Source: Polymyxa betae A26-41
Lineage: Eukaryota; Protista; Endomyxa: Phytomyxea
Direction: 5' to 3'
DNA length: 55,574 bases
NCBI GenBank assembly: GCA_003693705.1
Contig: RBZT01000715.1
Coordinates: forward strand, 1-55,574
The notes below the pieces were generated by a model. It was not told the DNA's origin, made no database searches, and was given only the letters and a program-made list of their open reading frames with translations. The position numbers and the translations under genes were made by a program. This document shows positions 11,919-24,154 of this stretch, one piece after another (position 1 is the first letter of the stretch; each line of letters starts with the position of its first letter).

Positions 11919-14341
11919 TTATTTATTATTTGTCTTAGTTGATGAATGATTTAAATTATTTCAGTAGATTGCTGAATTCAGAGCGATCCAAATTTTCACA
12001 GCTATTCGACTGAGGTCGATGCTTCAGATCGAACGCTTCAACGTCACTTGTCAAACCATACTCTGGAAATAGATCCGTAATTGAATGCAGAGTCGACCCT
12101 AATTCCAGTTAATATTTGAAAACAAGCTCAATAATGATCATATAAAGATAATTTCAAGGGAAAACATGAATGGCAACATCGATACTTAACTGGCTAGAAC
12201 GCGCACGTCTCTATCAGCATCCTTAAGAGCTTGGATTATAGCAGTTGAAATGACATTTAGTTGAGGTTCGAGCTTCGACGGGGCGCCGGCGGCAGAGTTA
12301 ATAACAACTCGAATATATATACAAGCTCCTCTTCGGACAGCAGCATGACAATCAGATAATCCATGTACTAACTATAAAAAAGCATCAATATCATGGCGAA
12401 CGAACATACTTTTGAAAAACCTTTGGCATTAGATTCACAGCAGCAGACTGCATTGATTGCAAAACTGATCTTATGCATTGGTCAGCGCTTGCAGAAATCA
12501 CTTTGACTGTGACATATAATCTTGTCAACAGCTTCGGTATGAAAAAGGCAGCCAATTCTGTAATCACAGTTAGAAATAAGCCAATTGTTAGACGAATCAG
12601 ACCTTCAAATTGGTGTTTGCTAACATCAGCTAATGAAGCTATCAGCCGGCAGACAGATCGAGCAACTGTCAGTTAATCAGAGTCCACAATGTAGCAGAAA
12701 ATCTGATTTTCGTAAAGGCGAAACAACAGAACAGAAAACAAAAGATTGGTGAACCTGCAGATCTTGAATCTTCAATCTGTGTTGCCAGGGCCGCTTTCAA
12801 GCAGCCAACATCTTGCAAAATCGTGGGCGGGCATGACGACTTTAAGTGTTCAGATAAAGCATCCTATTATGAGAACGGTTTCAGCAGGGGTTGATAATGT
12901 AAGTACGGAACCGAATAAGAAAAACGTTGAAACTTTTCACATACCATTGCAGAGCAACGCTGGGCCCAAACTGTCTTAGAATTTCGAAGCGCTTTCCGAC
13001 ACATGACCATGATTTCCTGCATCAATAATAAATAAACCGATGACTTCCACAATCACAAAGGACCTCGTATGATTTGGGAACCACTTCTTCCTCTGCATTT
13101 GCATCTACCATCGGTACGTCAGCGGCTTCAGCAAAAACGCGAGGCTTCTGTAAGGTTCTTCGCTTCATATCCATACTCGTTTTTGGCTGCTGATTCTCTT
13201 TGTCTTCAAACACAATTGGTTCTCTCCCTTCATTGTTCTTTGACATAATAGTTATTGTGCTGTTATCGCTTAAGGCGTTGTCCACAATTGCATCGTTTTT
13301 GACTTCATCAACGTTTGCTTCATCGATGGCGTCCGCAGGATTCGATGGCGTGTCCTGATCTTTTTGCGACTCCTCTGCAGGCAGGTCTTCGGCTTTAACA
13401 TTTGAATCAGATGGTTTGGCGATGGGGAAGGTGTTTCCCATGCAGGTCGATAGGCTGGGCGCTGTGGCGGAACCGTCTAGCTGATGGCCGCTTTCTTCGA
13501 TCTGTGAATGGCCTCCGAGCTCGGCCTGTGTACTGCCAGCAGCTTCCTCAATGCTCGTCGACTGGTCAATGCTGGCAGAGGAGGCATCGCTGACGTCATT
13601 GCTGTCACTTTTAGAACTGTGAGGCTGGACAGCGCTCTCAGGACTGAACTCGTTGCTCTGAGCGGAATCGGCAGTATGAATGACTGCAGCTTCATTAACA
13701 GCTTCAACTCGATTGTTATCGTCGTCATCGGAAATTTCGTGGATCTGATTCTGATCGGCATTGAAGACGAATGAAGCCTCATCGGCAGCTCCGTTTTGAT
13801 TATTATCTTCAGAATGAAATTCAAACACCTCTGCTTGATTATCGTCTGTAGTAACCTGGGCTCTATCACCGTCCTTTGAAGAACATCGCTGATCAATCTT
13901 GACATTCTCATCAAGATGGGTATCGCTTTCGGATGCAGATTCTGATACAACATCTGTGCTTAATGCAGGCTGCGGTTTAGTGTCCTCGTTATCCTCTTTA
14001 GAATCTTCCGATTCGGTGGGTTCTTTGGTTAAACTATCGACAAAACAATCGGTTTGATTTTCTTGAATTTCGCCTTCTTCAATGATTTCGCCTTCTTCAA
14101 TAGTTTCGCCTTCTTCCGCAAATACTTCCTCCTTGGGATCCAAATTTTCGATAGCATCGCCTGAAACCATTTCATTTCTGACGGGTTCCAGAGCATCTTC
14201 AGCAGGACAGTCCTTCTGAGAGACTTGGCTGTTATCAAGGTCGGATAATAACTGAATGAAAACGCTGTTTAACGTGTCCCACGCCAATCCAAATGCTTCT
14301 GCAGCTGCCATGGCCATTGTATCAGTTGATTCGCTAGCCAT
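11919..14341 (-). CDS. Long acidic disordered region plus C-terminal TOG/CLASP_N domain (CLASP/TOGARAM-like)
   Basis: 439-aa acidic first exon. Downstream exons read WAQRCSAM, LKAALATQIEDSRSA, FIPKLLTRLYVTVKVISASADQCIRSV, HAAVRRGA, ALKDADRDVR (TOG HEAT repeats). 3' end uncertain. Confidence 0.75.
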
Positions 14342-14714
14342 GCGCAGAAGGCGCCAAAATCGAACTCGATGAGGACAACAACCACATGGCTGCGCTTACG
14401 TGAATTTCAATTCAAACTTTATTTTTACAAGCATGAATTTCAACAAAGTTATCGCTGTGGCTTTTGAATATGCTTACACAAATGTTAGCATCCAATTACG
14501 CTTGAATAACTTATCAGCTCTGTCGCCTTAAAATTTAGTTAATTGATTAAGATTCCTTTCATTTGCTGTTAAAATTTGTTGCGCAATACAGTACTGTACA
14601 AAAACTTGCAGAATTTCAAAAAAAAATGCGAGAAAATGCCACAACGGAAAATTGCCCAAAGAGTTGGAACATTGGGGATAGGGTTGGTCACGGAGACGAT
14701 TAGGAGGTGGCTTC

Positions 14715-16016
14715 ATGCCAAACACCATGGCTGGTCAATCCAAGAACGGCAGCGACGACGTTGACCAATGGAAAGCTGATCTCACCGTGGAGTTAGCTCT
14801 GGAGTTTGCTCTTCGCATGAACGACCCGGGCTTCGTTGAGGCCTGCATGTATGTTATTGCTTTTTTGTCTTTTTTTCAAGTTTCCAAAAATGAATTTCTT
14901 TGCTCGTTATGTCTGCTTTAACCTTCATTTTCGCAATGATTTCTCGCAAAGAATTTGTTTTTTATGAAATGGCTTACCATTTCAATGCTCTACTATTTTT
15001 CTGGAACACTTTTCAGTGATCCTAGTAATGTGTTTTGTTAGCACAGAAATGAGTGGCCGAGAGGAGGAAATTCTGAAGAACTGCCCGAAAGCAGCTTCGC
15101 TAATGGCTTGCCATACAATCTTGACGGATTTCAAGATTACGAGGCATCCTCCTAAAGACATCGCCGACCTGTGCTGTCTCATAGAACGTCTTCTAGGCTT
15201 AGAAATCGAATATGGCCGATTCCCTCAGTTCAAGGATGTCATAGATCGGGTCTGCGTTCAGCTCGTCCTGATTCTGTTTCGTCAATATCCAGAGCAATAT
15301 GACGTGATCGAGTCGACGATTAAAAAGTCGATTCATCCAGTTCAGAACCACGAGCACGAGATCGTTTTCGAATCGAGCCGGAAGCCGCTGCAGTTCATTC
15401 GCGACGCTCCGACGCCTCAGAAAGCGTTCGAAGAGCTGGAACAGCGCTGCCCATATAATTCGGCTGTTCAGTTCGTACATTCATGGTTGAAGACGGCCGT
15501 CATGCGGATCGATCAGCCGTCGCGGCTAGACAAGTTATATCGCAGCTTGGTGGGTGATCTAACCGAAAGAGAAGAAACCGACCTTCCTGAATTTCAACCT
15601 ATTAAGGGAGGCGAGTCTGCATCTGAAGCCGAGGAGCCTGCTGATGGCGACCAGTCAGAATCACAACTGCCAAATATGCAAGTTTCTATTTCGTCTCTCA
15701 TTCTTCTCGTTCATTTCGATTGAGCTTGGATTTTGTAATCTTTTTGGTTCTCCTATTTGTATAGTTGTCTTCGTTCAGTTGCTGTAAGTTGTGTTTGTTC
15801 TATCGTTATGTTCGTACGAAATCTGTAAGAATTTCGTTCCCAATTTGGTTGTTTACTTCTTGGCAACCCTTCTGTTCTAATTGTTCGTATAGCTGTCTCA
15901 GTTTGAATGCTATTCGTCAAGCATATCCTGGAACCGATAAACAGTTCCGGCTGATTTGGAGGCAGACGCATCCGAAAGTCTTGCGATATTTGAAAGAGAA
16001 CCGCCCGTCTACTTAG
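14715..16016 (+). CDS. Hypothetical helical protein, possibly TRFH-like; 3' exons unresolved
   Basis: Exon 1 (DQWKADLTVELALEFALRMND) splices to the 235-aa ORF 15016-15723. Confidence 0.5.
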
Positions 16017-16146
16017 ATAGTCGTCTCTATGGGCCCTTAAATATATGTATAATAAACCCATAGGCCATAAGACACTGTCTCATTCTATCAGACAATAGCG
16101 CTGTCTATAGTAGACGGCGTCTGTTGTGGATCGTGAGAGACATTCG

Positions 16147-16953
16147 ATGAGGCTGCCAATCAACGGGATCCTGCCCACGATCGGCGCCGGGTCTAGCATC
16201 TCTGGTGTCGTGATCGGCCGAGCGACGCTGGGCTCCCGAGTCAATGTCGAGCCTGGCGCCGTTATTCGCGCCGATATCAACGGTCAGTATCGTCTGGTTT
16301 TGACTATGCTATTGATTAGACGACGAAATAAGAGATTGAATTTCTGTTGGCTGAATTTAAGGCTTATTTCTAGATAGATGTTCTGATTGGAGATGATGTC
16401 AAGATTGGCAGCAGCGTTGTCATGCATGTTGCTAAATACAACCCGGCTGGACGATCGCTAAACACAGTGGTATGTCTGGAATTCATTCAATGTTTATGTT
16501 GAACCTGTGCGATCACGGTTTCTTGAGAGGAAAAGCTCTGATCGGATTCAGGTCGGCGATCGATGTGAAATCGGGGCGGGCGCTGTTCTTCATGCATGTC
16601 ATCTTAAAGATGACATAATCGTCGGCCCAGGTAGACTAGCTACAACTTTTCATTGAACAATTGTTTGGATTTTTTCCGAAGTGTTGAACTTTTGGCATTT
16701 CAGACGTCAGATCGATTGCAGTTGCGAAATTCATAAGGAAGACGTTTACTTAATGGGTGATTTAGGAGCGATCATATTGGATGGTGCCGTTGTAGAGTCT
16801 GGCGCTATCATCATGCCGGGCGCGTTGATTGCGCCTTTCAAGCATATTGCATCGGGGCAAATCTGGTCTGGTCTGCCAGCTCAACATATTGCCGATCGTG
16901 GGCAGATGCCCATATCAAAATGGTCCGATCTGGCCCATCTCTGCAAATCGTGA
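16147..16953 (+). CDS. Gamma carbonic anhydrase-like hexapeptide-repeat protein (3 introns; start uncertain)
   Basis: GAVIRADIN, IGDDVKIG..MHVAK, VGDRCEIGAGAVLHAC, GAIILDGAVVESGA, GQIWSGLPA. Confidence 0.85.
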
Positions 16954-17210
16954 CACTCTGTAATCAGACGGATCAACATTGGAATTCGAATAATGAATCG
17001 ATCGATCTTAGGACGCATAACAAAATCGGCAAAGTGTAATTTCATAGAACGAGATGATCAACATAAGACGTACTACAATAAGACATGATGGCTTTGAAGT
17101 TATGATTTCGATTATAAAAGACGAATGATATTCAACATGCAGCAATAATAAGGCAACGCATTCGACATCGCAATCACATTGGCTAGCAGCGTACCGGCAC
17201 GCAAACGTCT

Positions 17211-17924
17211 TCATGTCTCGAACGGTATGACAGCGGCGCCGTCCTCATCGGCCTGCAGTTTGAATTTCAATCGCGAGTTTGGTCCCTGACTGACCGTGGC
17301 CAGAAACAGATTATCATCGGCGCTGAGCTGGGTCATGGCGATGGTCATGGCCGGATACAGAACCAGGCGATACCATTGCGGTGGCGGCGGATCCCGCCCC
17401 GAGACGCACATCATCCCGCCGCGATGACAGAACTGGACTCATCGTCAATCGAACATCGCCGCCGACATGGGGTCGTACTGTACCCCGTGCAGCGCCTGTT
17501 TCAGCGATGCAAAATGCTGCTTGGAATCGAGCGGGATCCAGGCGTCGCTCCCGTCGAGAATCACAACGACCTCGTTCGGATCCGCGTCCGACAGAATGCG
17601 AGCCGCATCCGGCGCCGACCGGGCTCGGCGGACAACAACCCGGGCCAGCACTGCGCGCCAGCGGTCGCCGACCGCAGCTCGGCATACAGCCAGGATGCGG
17701 AGAGGATGGAATCGCGCGTCGGCATCGATCCAGAGCAGGCGGCGGTCGTTGAGCCGGGAGCAGAATGTGACGGCGAACAGATAGAGGAGGTCGGTCTTGG
17801 CCGAGCCCGACGGCCCCGTCACCGCGCAGGTCCCGCCCGGGGCCAGCACGACCCCGGGCAGCGGCGTCCGCCAGCATTGCTGCCGGCGCCAGGCCTCTTT
17901 CAGAGTCTCGTGCCGGATCACCAT
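17211..17924 (-). CDS. XRCC2: RAD51 paralog, XRCC2-like (1 intron)
   Basis: Walker A variant VTGPSGSAKT, LLWIDADARFHPLRI, Walker B VVVILDG; no N-terminal HhH domain. Confidence 0.7.
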
Positions 17925-18353
17925 GACGTCGGTAATGCCGTACCCGCCCACACCATACCCACACTGGCTCACGCAGGTCCGGGACGACACAGCGCTGAAC
18001 CATGATGGGGCGGTCGACGATCCAGGTGCCGGTCACTGGTGACTGCAGGGTCAACATGGGTTAATTCGACACAGCGTGGGCGTACTGGACCTGGACCAGG
18101 GCCAGCAGCCCGAGATTCTGCCGTTGATTCAGAACCGACCTGTCCACACGGAATGGATCGTTGTTATTCATGGCTATATAGTGACGACATCATTTGCGTC
18201 GAACCCCGTGGATCAATATCGTCCCAGCTGATTCCGGAGCGTGATGCCATGAGTCACGCTGCTCTCATCACTTCTGTCCGGCAGCAGACGTTCCGGGGCT
18301 CAGGCGATTCCGTCACGGATGCGATTTCTAATCCGTCACCTAATTATCACGGC

Positions 18354-19566
18354 ATGTCCGCCAACGCCACCCTATTTGGTATGGGGTCGTACTGGACCAG
18401 GCGCCTACCTTGTCTGACCTCGATCTTAGATACCAAATTCAAACAACAGCGTCTGGATGGCTGGCGTCCAGCGCCAATGACTCCGACTCAGGTCGGTCTC
18501 GTTTCCGTGGCCATCGGCGTCGTGGCGGCCGCCATCGCTGCGGTCGTGTTCGTGGCCAATGCCGGCGTGGTCCAGTATGACCTGCCGTACCCGACCGATT
18601 GCGTCCCTGGCGGTAACTGCTCGCTCCAGTTCAAGCCGGATCGGGACCTGACCGGGCCGGTTTTCTTCTACTACAAGATCGAAGGCATGTATCAGGTAAC
18701 GTCGCGTGCGAGAGGTGAGCTCTGCTGGCCCTGCTGACTCGAAGTCCGTCGCTAACAGAACCATCGGCGGTACGTCAAGTCGAAGAGCAGCGATCAGCTC
18801 CGTGGCCTGAATGATACCCGGACCGGTTCATGCCAGCCTCTAGAGCGCGATGACGGCGGCCGCATTCTGTACCCGTGTGGGTTGATCGCCGCCTCGCATT
18901 TCCGCGACCGAATTCAGCTCGAGATCGATGGTCAATTACAGCAAGGTCGGCTATCGTCTCTACCAGCTGTCCAAAGAGTTTTGGGTTCTGAAATTGGTTT
19001 GCAGGGCCGAACTGGAGCAACGAGTCGATCGCCACCGAACATGATCGCCTTTATTTCCAGGAGAACGATCGGTATCAATTTTCGACGCAGTTCACGAACC
19101 AAAACAGGACGATTCAGCTGCCAACCGTTACCGACCCGGATTTCATGGTCTGGATGCATACCGCCCCTTTGCCGACCTTCGCCAATCTGTTCGTATCTGC
19201 AATCCGCTCCAGGCTGGTTTCTGACCGTGTTCGGTGCAGGCACCGCGTCCGCCGCGATTCCATCCGTGCCGGCGCTCAACTGCGATTTTTGATTGACGAC
19301 CATTACGACGTGGCCCCGTTCGATGGCCGGAAATCGCTCGTGCTCAGGACGCTGTCTTTCCTGGGGGGCAATCAGACGTTCATGGCCTGGGCCTGGGCTG
19401 GCCTGGCCCTCTCCTGTTTCCTGTTCGGCATTGTCATGTGTGCTGCTGGTGTCAAGTGAGTGAGCCGGCCGTACTGGGTTCCGTCATACCGGCTCACTGA
19501 TGGTTTCTTGCGTTTGTTAGGCTACAGACGCGGCCTAGGCCTATTCATGGCGACGAAATCGCCTAG
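18354..19566 (+). CDS. CDC50: CDC50/LEM3 flippase beta subunit (about 6 exons)
   Basis: FKQQRL..WRP, PVFFYYKIEGMYQ|NHRRYVKS, PCGLIAASHF, DFMVWMHTAPLPTF, FDGRKSLVL..SFLGG; two TM segments. Confidence 0.93.
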
Positions 19567-19639
19567 CTGAGCTTTGTGAAAATTCTGATGGCAATACACG
19601 ATCCCGTTTTTAGAAAGCGTTTTCAGTTGCAGAGTGAAG

Positions 19640-19667
19640 TTAGGGTTTAAGGGTTTAGGGGTTTGGG
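19640..19667 (+). repeat. Degenerate interstitial telomere-like array
   Basis: TTAGGG-TTTAAGGG-TTTAGGGG-TTTGGG. Confidence 0.8.
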
Positions 19668-19669
19668 AC

Positions 19670-22600
19670 TGTCATGGCGTAGAGCGTGCTCAGTTGGATT
19701 TATAAGTAGCTACAAACTTGATGTTGTAATGGATGAGAAATATCACCAACGTTGTCGCCGACGCAATGATTCATTTGCAAGGGGAAGGAGACGCATCGAA
19801 CGACGATGAATCTAGTCCCAGTTCTGGCGCTACTTTCACGATGCTTCAGCCACCGACGAGGCACAGATACTGAAGCCCTTGCTTGAAAGCTTCTTAACAG
19901 CACTGACCAGAATTCTGGGAGCGTTTGCACTGTGAAATGTCACAAGCTCCAGGACGTCAATTTGCAGATCCATGGTGGGGGCGCTTTCGCCTCATGGCGG
20001 CTGCCGTCAATCACATAGAGCGAAGCGGATCCGAAGACAGTACCGAGTATCAGGAAGCTGTAGTTTCCTTGTCGCCATATTGCGTTAGGCCAAGCATGCG
20101 GACTGGGGACGCGATACGAACGCATCCGAAAAGAGGTCGGTAATCATGGACAAACGACACTCCTGCAAAGCTGATATACTGATCAACGCTTTAAGAACGA
20201 ATCTGCCCAAGGGAGTGAAGATCGTGAAAGACTTTTCCATTATATTTACAAGCTAAAAAACTGAAGGTACCTTTCCGCATGCAGGTTGTTCGCGCAAACC
20301 TTTGGATGCGGCTCCCGTTCCTGTATGTACCCATTGTAACAACGCCACCAGTCGGCGTGGTCGTACAATGGGTCAAATCGAGCATGAAGATGGAATCTGA
20401 CAGTTGTGGAGCAGGTTCCGACTTCCAGCATTTATGGCACGTTAAAGATTCCACATAGTAGAATTTAACCAGTTGATTGAGCAGAGGAGACTCGGACAAT
20501 AATTGCCCGAGCAGTTCTGCTGGTCATGATGACCGGAAGTACAAGAGTGATTTCAAGGGGATCGCGTATCCGGCACAATAGAGGGTATAATTTCCCTTTG
20601 CGCTGCCTTGGAGTCAGCAGTGATTTCATGGTCTAAAACATGTACAGTAAGCGATTTTGAAGACTACCGAGCTCTTTACCTACCTCGGCGATCAAAGAAG
20701 CTATCGTATCGATTCCTAAGCACGATTAATCCAGCTGTGCAACCAGGAGTGTGCACAGGGTGGCCGCGCTGATGGAGAAACAGATGTTTTCACCGTTGTA
20801 TACCCCCAGAGATCGCCGATCCACTGCAAAGCCTGAGAAAACATTTAACAAACATTAACAATCAATGATTTTTTTTCGCAAAAAATAACCGATTTGGTAA
20901 AAAAAAATCCTATCAATCGCATTTCTCAAAGCGGTCACGCCAAAAGGACTGCCTACGTGGGTTTGTTGTACTGTCATGGATGGAGTTTCTGCATCTTGCA
21001 ATGGGGAACTGCTCAGCCGGCTTTCTGCTGACAGTATCTTCGATCGCAGATTGCAGATCTGTAGTCCCTGTGCAGAGATAATCTGGTCTTAGGCCTTCCA
21101 GTCAACGATTCGCGATCGGAATCGCCCAGTCAACAGGTAAAGCTTACATTGCAAATCAATGGGTATACCGAGCTCAGCACCAATATAGATACCCACTGAC
21201 AGACATTGAAAATGATGCTCCTTCTCAAAGTATGCAATAAGAGAATATGGTCATAGCTTGAATATGTTATTACGGAATCATTTCTCGAAGTCATTTCAAT
21301 ATTTGGATCCCTAACTTCACCCCATTTCCAAAAGAGCTGCACAAATTTACGTTTCAAGAAACCTTCACGAAAGTGAATTTTTACACTGGACATATTTTTG
21401 TTACTTCTTCCTGTGTCTGGAGATCACGGTTATTCATTCAAGAGTCCATGTTGGACTTTCCACATTAAATCTCCACTCTACTTCCGTCTCACGGGAAGGA
21501 ACGCAGTACCGGGGCTCGATGTTGAGCGACACCGGAGCAACCACGAAGGAAGAGACCGACTGGGAGCCGGCTCCTCTTGTCTGCACGAGACCGCGGACTT
21601 TGGAGGTGACGAGGGCAGGGGTTCCCCGCTCGCTCTTCACAACCTTCAGGCTGTAGCGCCAGTCCCCCATGCAGAAGCTCTGGGGTACGGAGATGGTGCG
21701 AAGAGCACTCTTCTGCAGCATGCGCAGGTAGCGGCTTACAGACTTCTCCCAGTTAACCGGTGCATTGAGGTCCAGAATAGAACAAATGACTTCAGCTCCT
21801 TCTGGCGAGCACAATTAACGGAGACCAGATGTTGCAGTTCTCCGACCAGACGTAGATCATGCCGTGGTAGTTGTGGCAGAGATTACCGACGATCAGTTTC
21901 TCCCACAGCACGCGACCTTCCCCTCATTGGGGCCGTAGTAGGGATCGGCTTCTACACACTCGCTGTCCAAAATCGGCAGTGAGGAAGGTAAGTTCTTCTT
22001 CAGTGACGTCAGGAAGCCATATCTAAATTTGGATCTCATCTTAGATGTCCCAAAAAGATGTCGTCTCTAACTCTCAACGTCCATTACTTCGAAGACTCAG
22101 AGGAATATGCCATTCTGCGCAGCTGCCACGGTGTCGTCTCAGCATTATAACTCAATTCGATCGTTCGAACCTTCTACAGGACGGATATCACAACCAAAAA
22201 GCCTTGTTCCGTTTTCTGGCAACCTGTGCGGGTGTCCATCTTCATCAGACAGGTCAATGGCAGTTGGGAACTTCTTGCCATAAGCGAAGCTGTCATGCAG
22301 CCATTGTTTTTTTAAGAATGGCATATGACATTCTTCTTACGCTGTCCGGGCCCGCTCGAGGCATCTGGCTACAACGAACAGCATGGAGTTGCACTCCCAT
22401 GACTGCCGAGGAGGCTTTTGTTTAATCAAAAGCCAGCTTAATTGATGATGTTCCTCGACCGAGCAGACCATCGATCACTGCCATGATCATGATTTTCATG
22501 TCTTGTGAAGCGCCTGCGGAAAATGCTCAGCGAACTAAACACAGTCCAAACCATTCTGAAGGCCTTACTTTTGACTAGCTGAGCTGGATCATACAGAATC

Positions 22601-23188
22601 ACGGTTTTCGCCGTTGGCGGCGATCTCCAGCAACAAATACACTTCGCTCTTAAATAAAGTTAGCCATGTGGTTGATGGTCCATTATTGAAATCAAAACCC
22701 TACATTAAAGCAGGCCATAAGAACCATTTTTTACCTTCAAAATAAAGCTTCAAGATGTTCGAAGCGAACATCTCTCGCTTATGGAGAACGAATTCATCGA
22801 CCACAGTGGTAAAAGGTCGCAGATTTGTCCAAAAATAGCTCCACACATGATTTGGAAGGCAGCTGATGCTGATGTTGAGTTTCGGGCATTCCACGTACCA
22901 GCAAATAAATGCATCGAGAAGATCGACACTGAGCATGCCAGTGTTCCGATACTTGTTTTGAAGAGCTCTCTGGACATCCCTGTCACCCCGTAACAGGGTG
23001 AGATAAAGATATCCTCGCCATAGTTCTGGAGATATAAGGTTGCGGTTCCATTTCACTGGCGAGGCACAGCTCTTCTTTAGTGCTTTACAATCACGAGATG
23101 CCAATACAAGCCGCAAGCGAGACGAATGAGTGGTGGTGACATTAGGGTCCCTTGGGGATCTCGCAGGACATCGAAAACGCACTCCCAT
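19670..23188. pseudogene. Decayed island of unidentified gene/TE remnants
   Basis: No spliceable intact gene found. Stop-interrupted protein-like fragments (e.g. minus 22700-23188 and 21434-21814). Confidence 0.4.
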
Positions 23189-23404
23189 GGACAGTAAAGA
23201 CTAGAGTGTATAGCAATGAAGCCTATGCTTAGAAGACTGCCGCAACGCCTGCTGAATGATATCAGCAGGATCCGAACCCAACCCGAATGTTTGTGTTTGG
23301 AAGTCGGGGCTCATTGCTCATTATTTGCACACAGAGGTTGCGGGCTGCGCCGTGTCTCTTAAGTCGAATCTTTTACTTTTAAAGATTGGCAGTCTGATTC
23401 CCTC

Positions 23405-24154
23405 ATGGTCCTGTATCATATCGTTTTATTTCGAGTTCGTAAGGGTACATCATCGCAGGCTGTTGCGACGTTAGAGGACGAATTACGGGCCCTGACACAG
23501 CCGATCCCTTTCATTCACCACCTTGCCGGTATTTGCTACGAGACATCCTGAGGCCGACTTTTAATTCAGCTCATAGTCGGTGCTCATGATAACCTGATTT
23601 ATGAAGGATATAAACCACGAAATCAAGGTTTTCATTTTTTTTAAGCTATCAGCGCTAGATTTGCTCAAAGTTATTGAATCGTGGTAGACTACACTCATGC
23701 TTTGCTGGTAACTCTGGAAAATGGCGAAGATCTGAAAAAATATGCCAATCATCCCGCTCACCTTGCATGCGTTGAGAAACACATCAAACCATGTAAGCCG
23801 TAATGTACAACTTCCTGCATTGCCCTCTAAAATTTCTGTTTGAAAATATGCTTCCTTCTTCGTAAACTTGAATTCCACATTTCGTTCTCATTATTAAAAA
23901 GCTGATCGTTCTGCTACACAGTGTCCGATGCTGTGCTCGCGGTTGACTTTATGGACGGCGCCTCCCAGAATGGTTTCACTAAGCAGCTCGAATCGCCAAA
24001 AGCGGCATTAGGCTCTTGGAAAAGACTACAGCGTCAAGCAGCTCCAATGCTGAAGCCTCTGGGATTTGTCGCCTTGGGTGCTGCCCTTACCCTAGCTGTC
24101 ACATCATTCTGGCGGCCTAAGTCTCTTCCCTCGACACAGCAACATCAACACTAG
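23405..24154 (+). CDS. Stress-responsive A/B barrel (Dabb) protein with C-terminal TM anchor, 4 exons
   Basis: Missed by the ORF track. Exons read MVLYHIVLFRVRKG..LRALTQPIPFI, VGAH..PRNQ, YTHALLVTLENGEDLKKYANHPAH..IKP, SDAVLAVDF, then LGFVALGAALTLAVTSFW. Confidence 0.88.

Noticed and set aside
17314-18057. Long overlapping ORFs on both strands over XRCC2
   Set aside because: Explained by high GC suppressing stop codons; only one frame has RecA-fold motifs.
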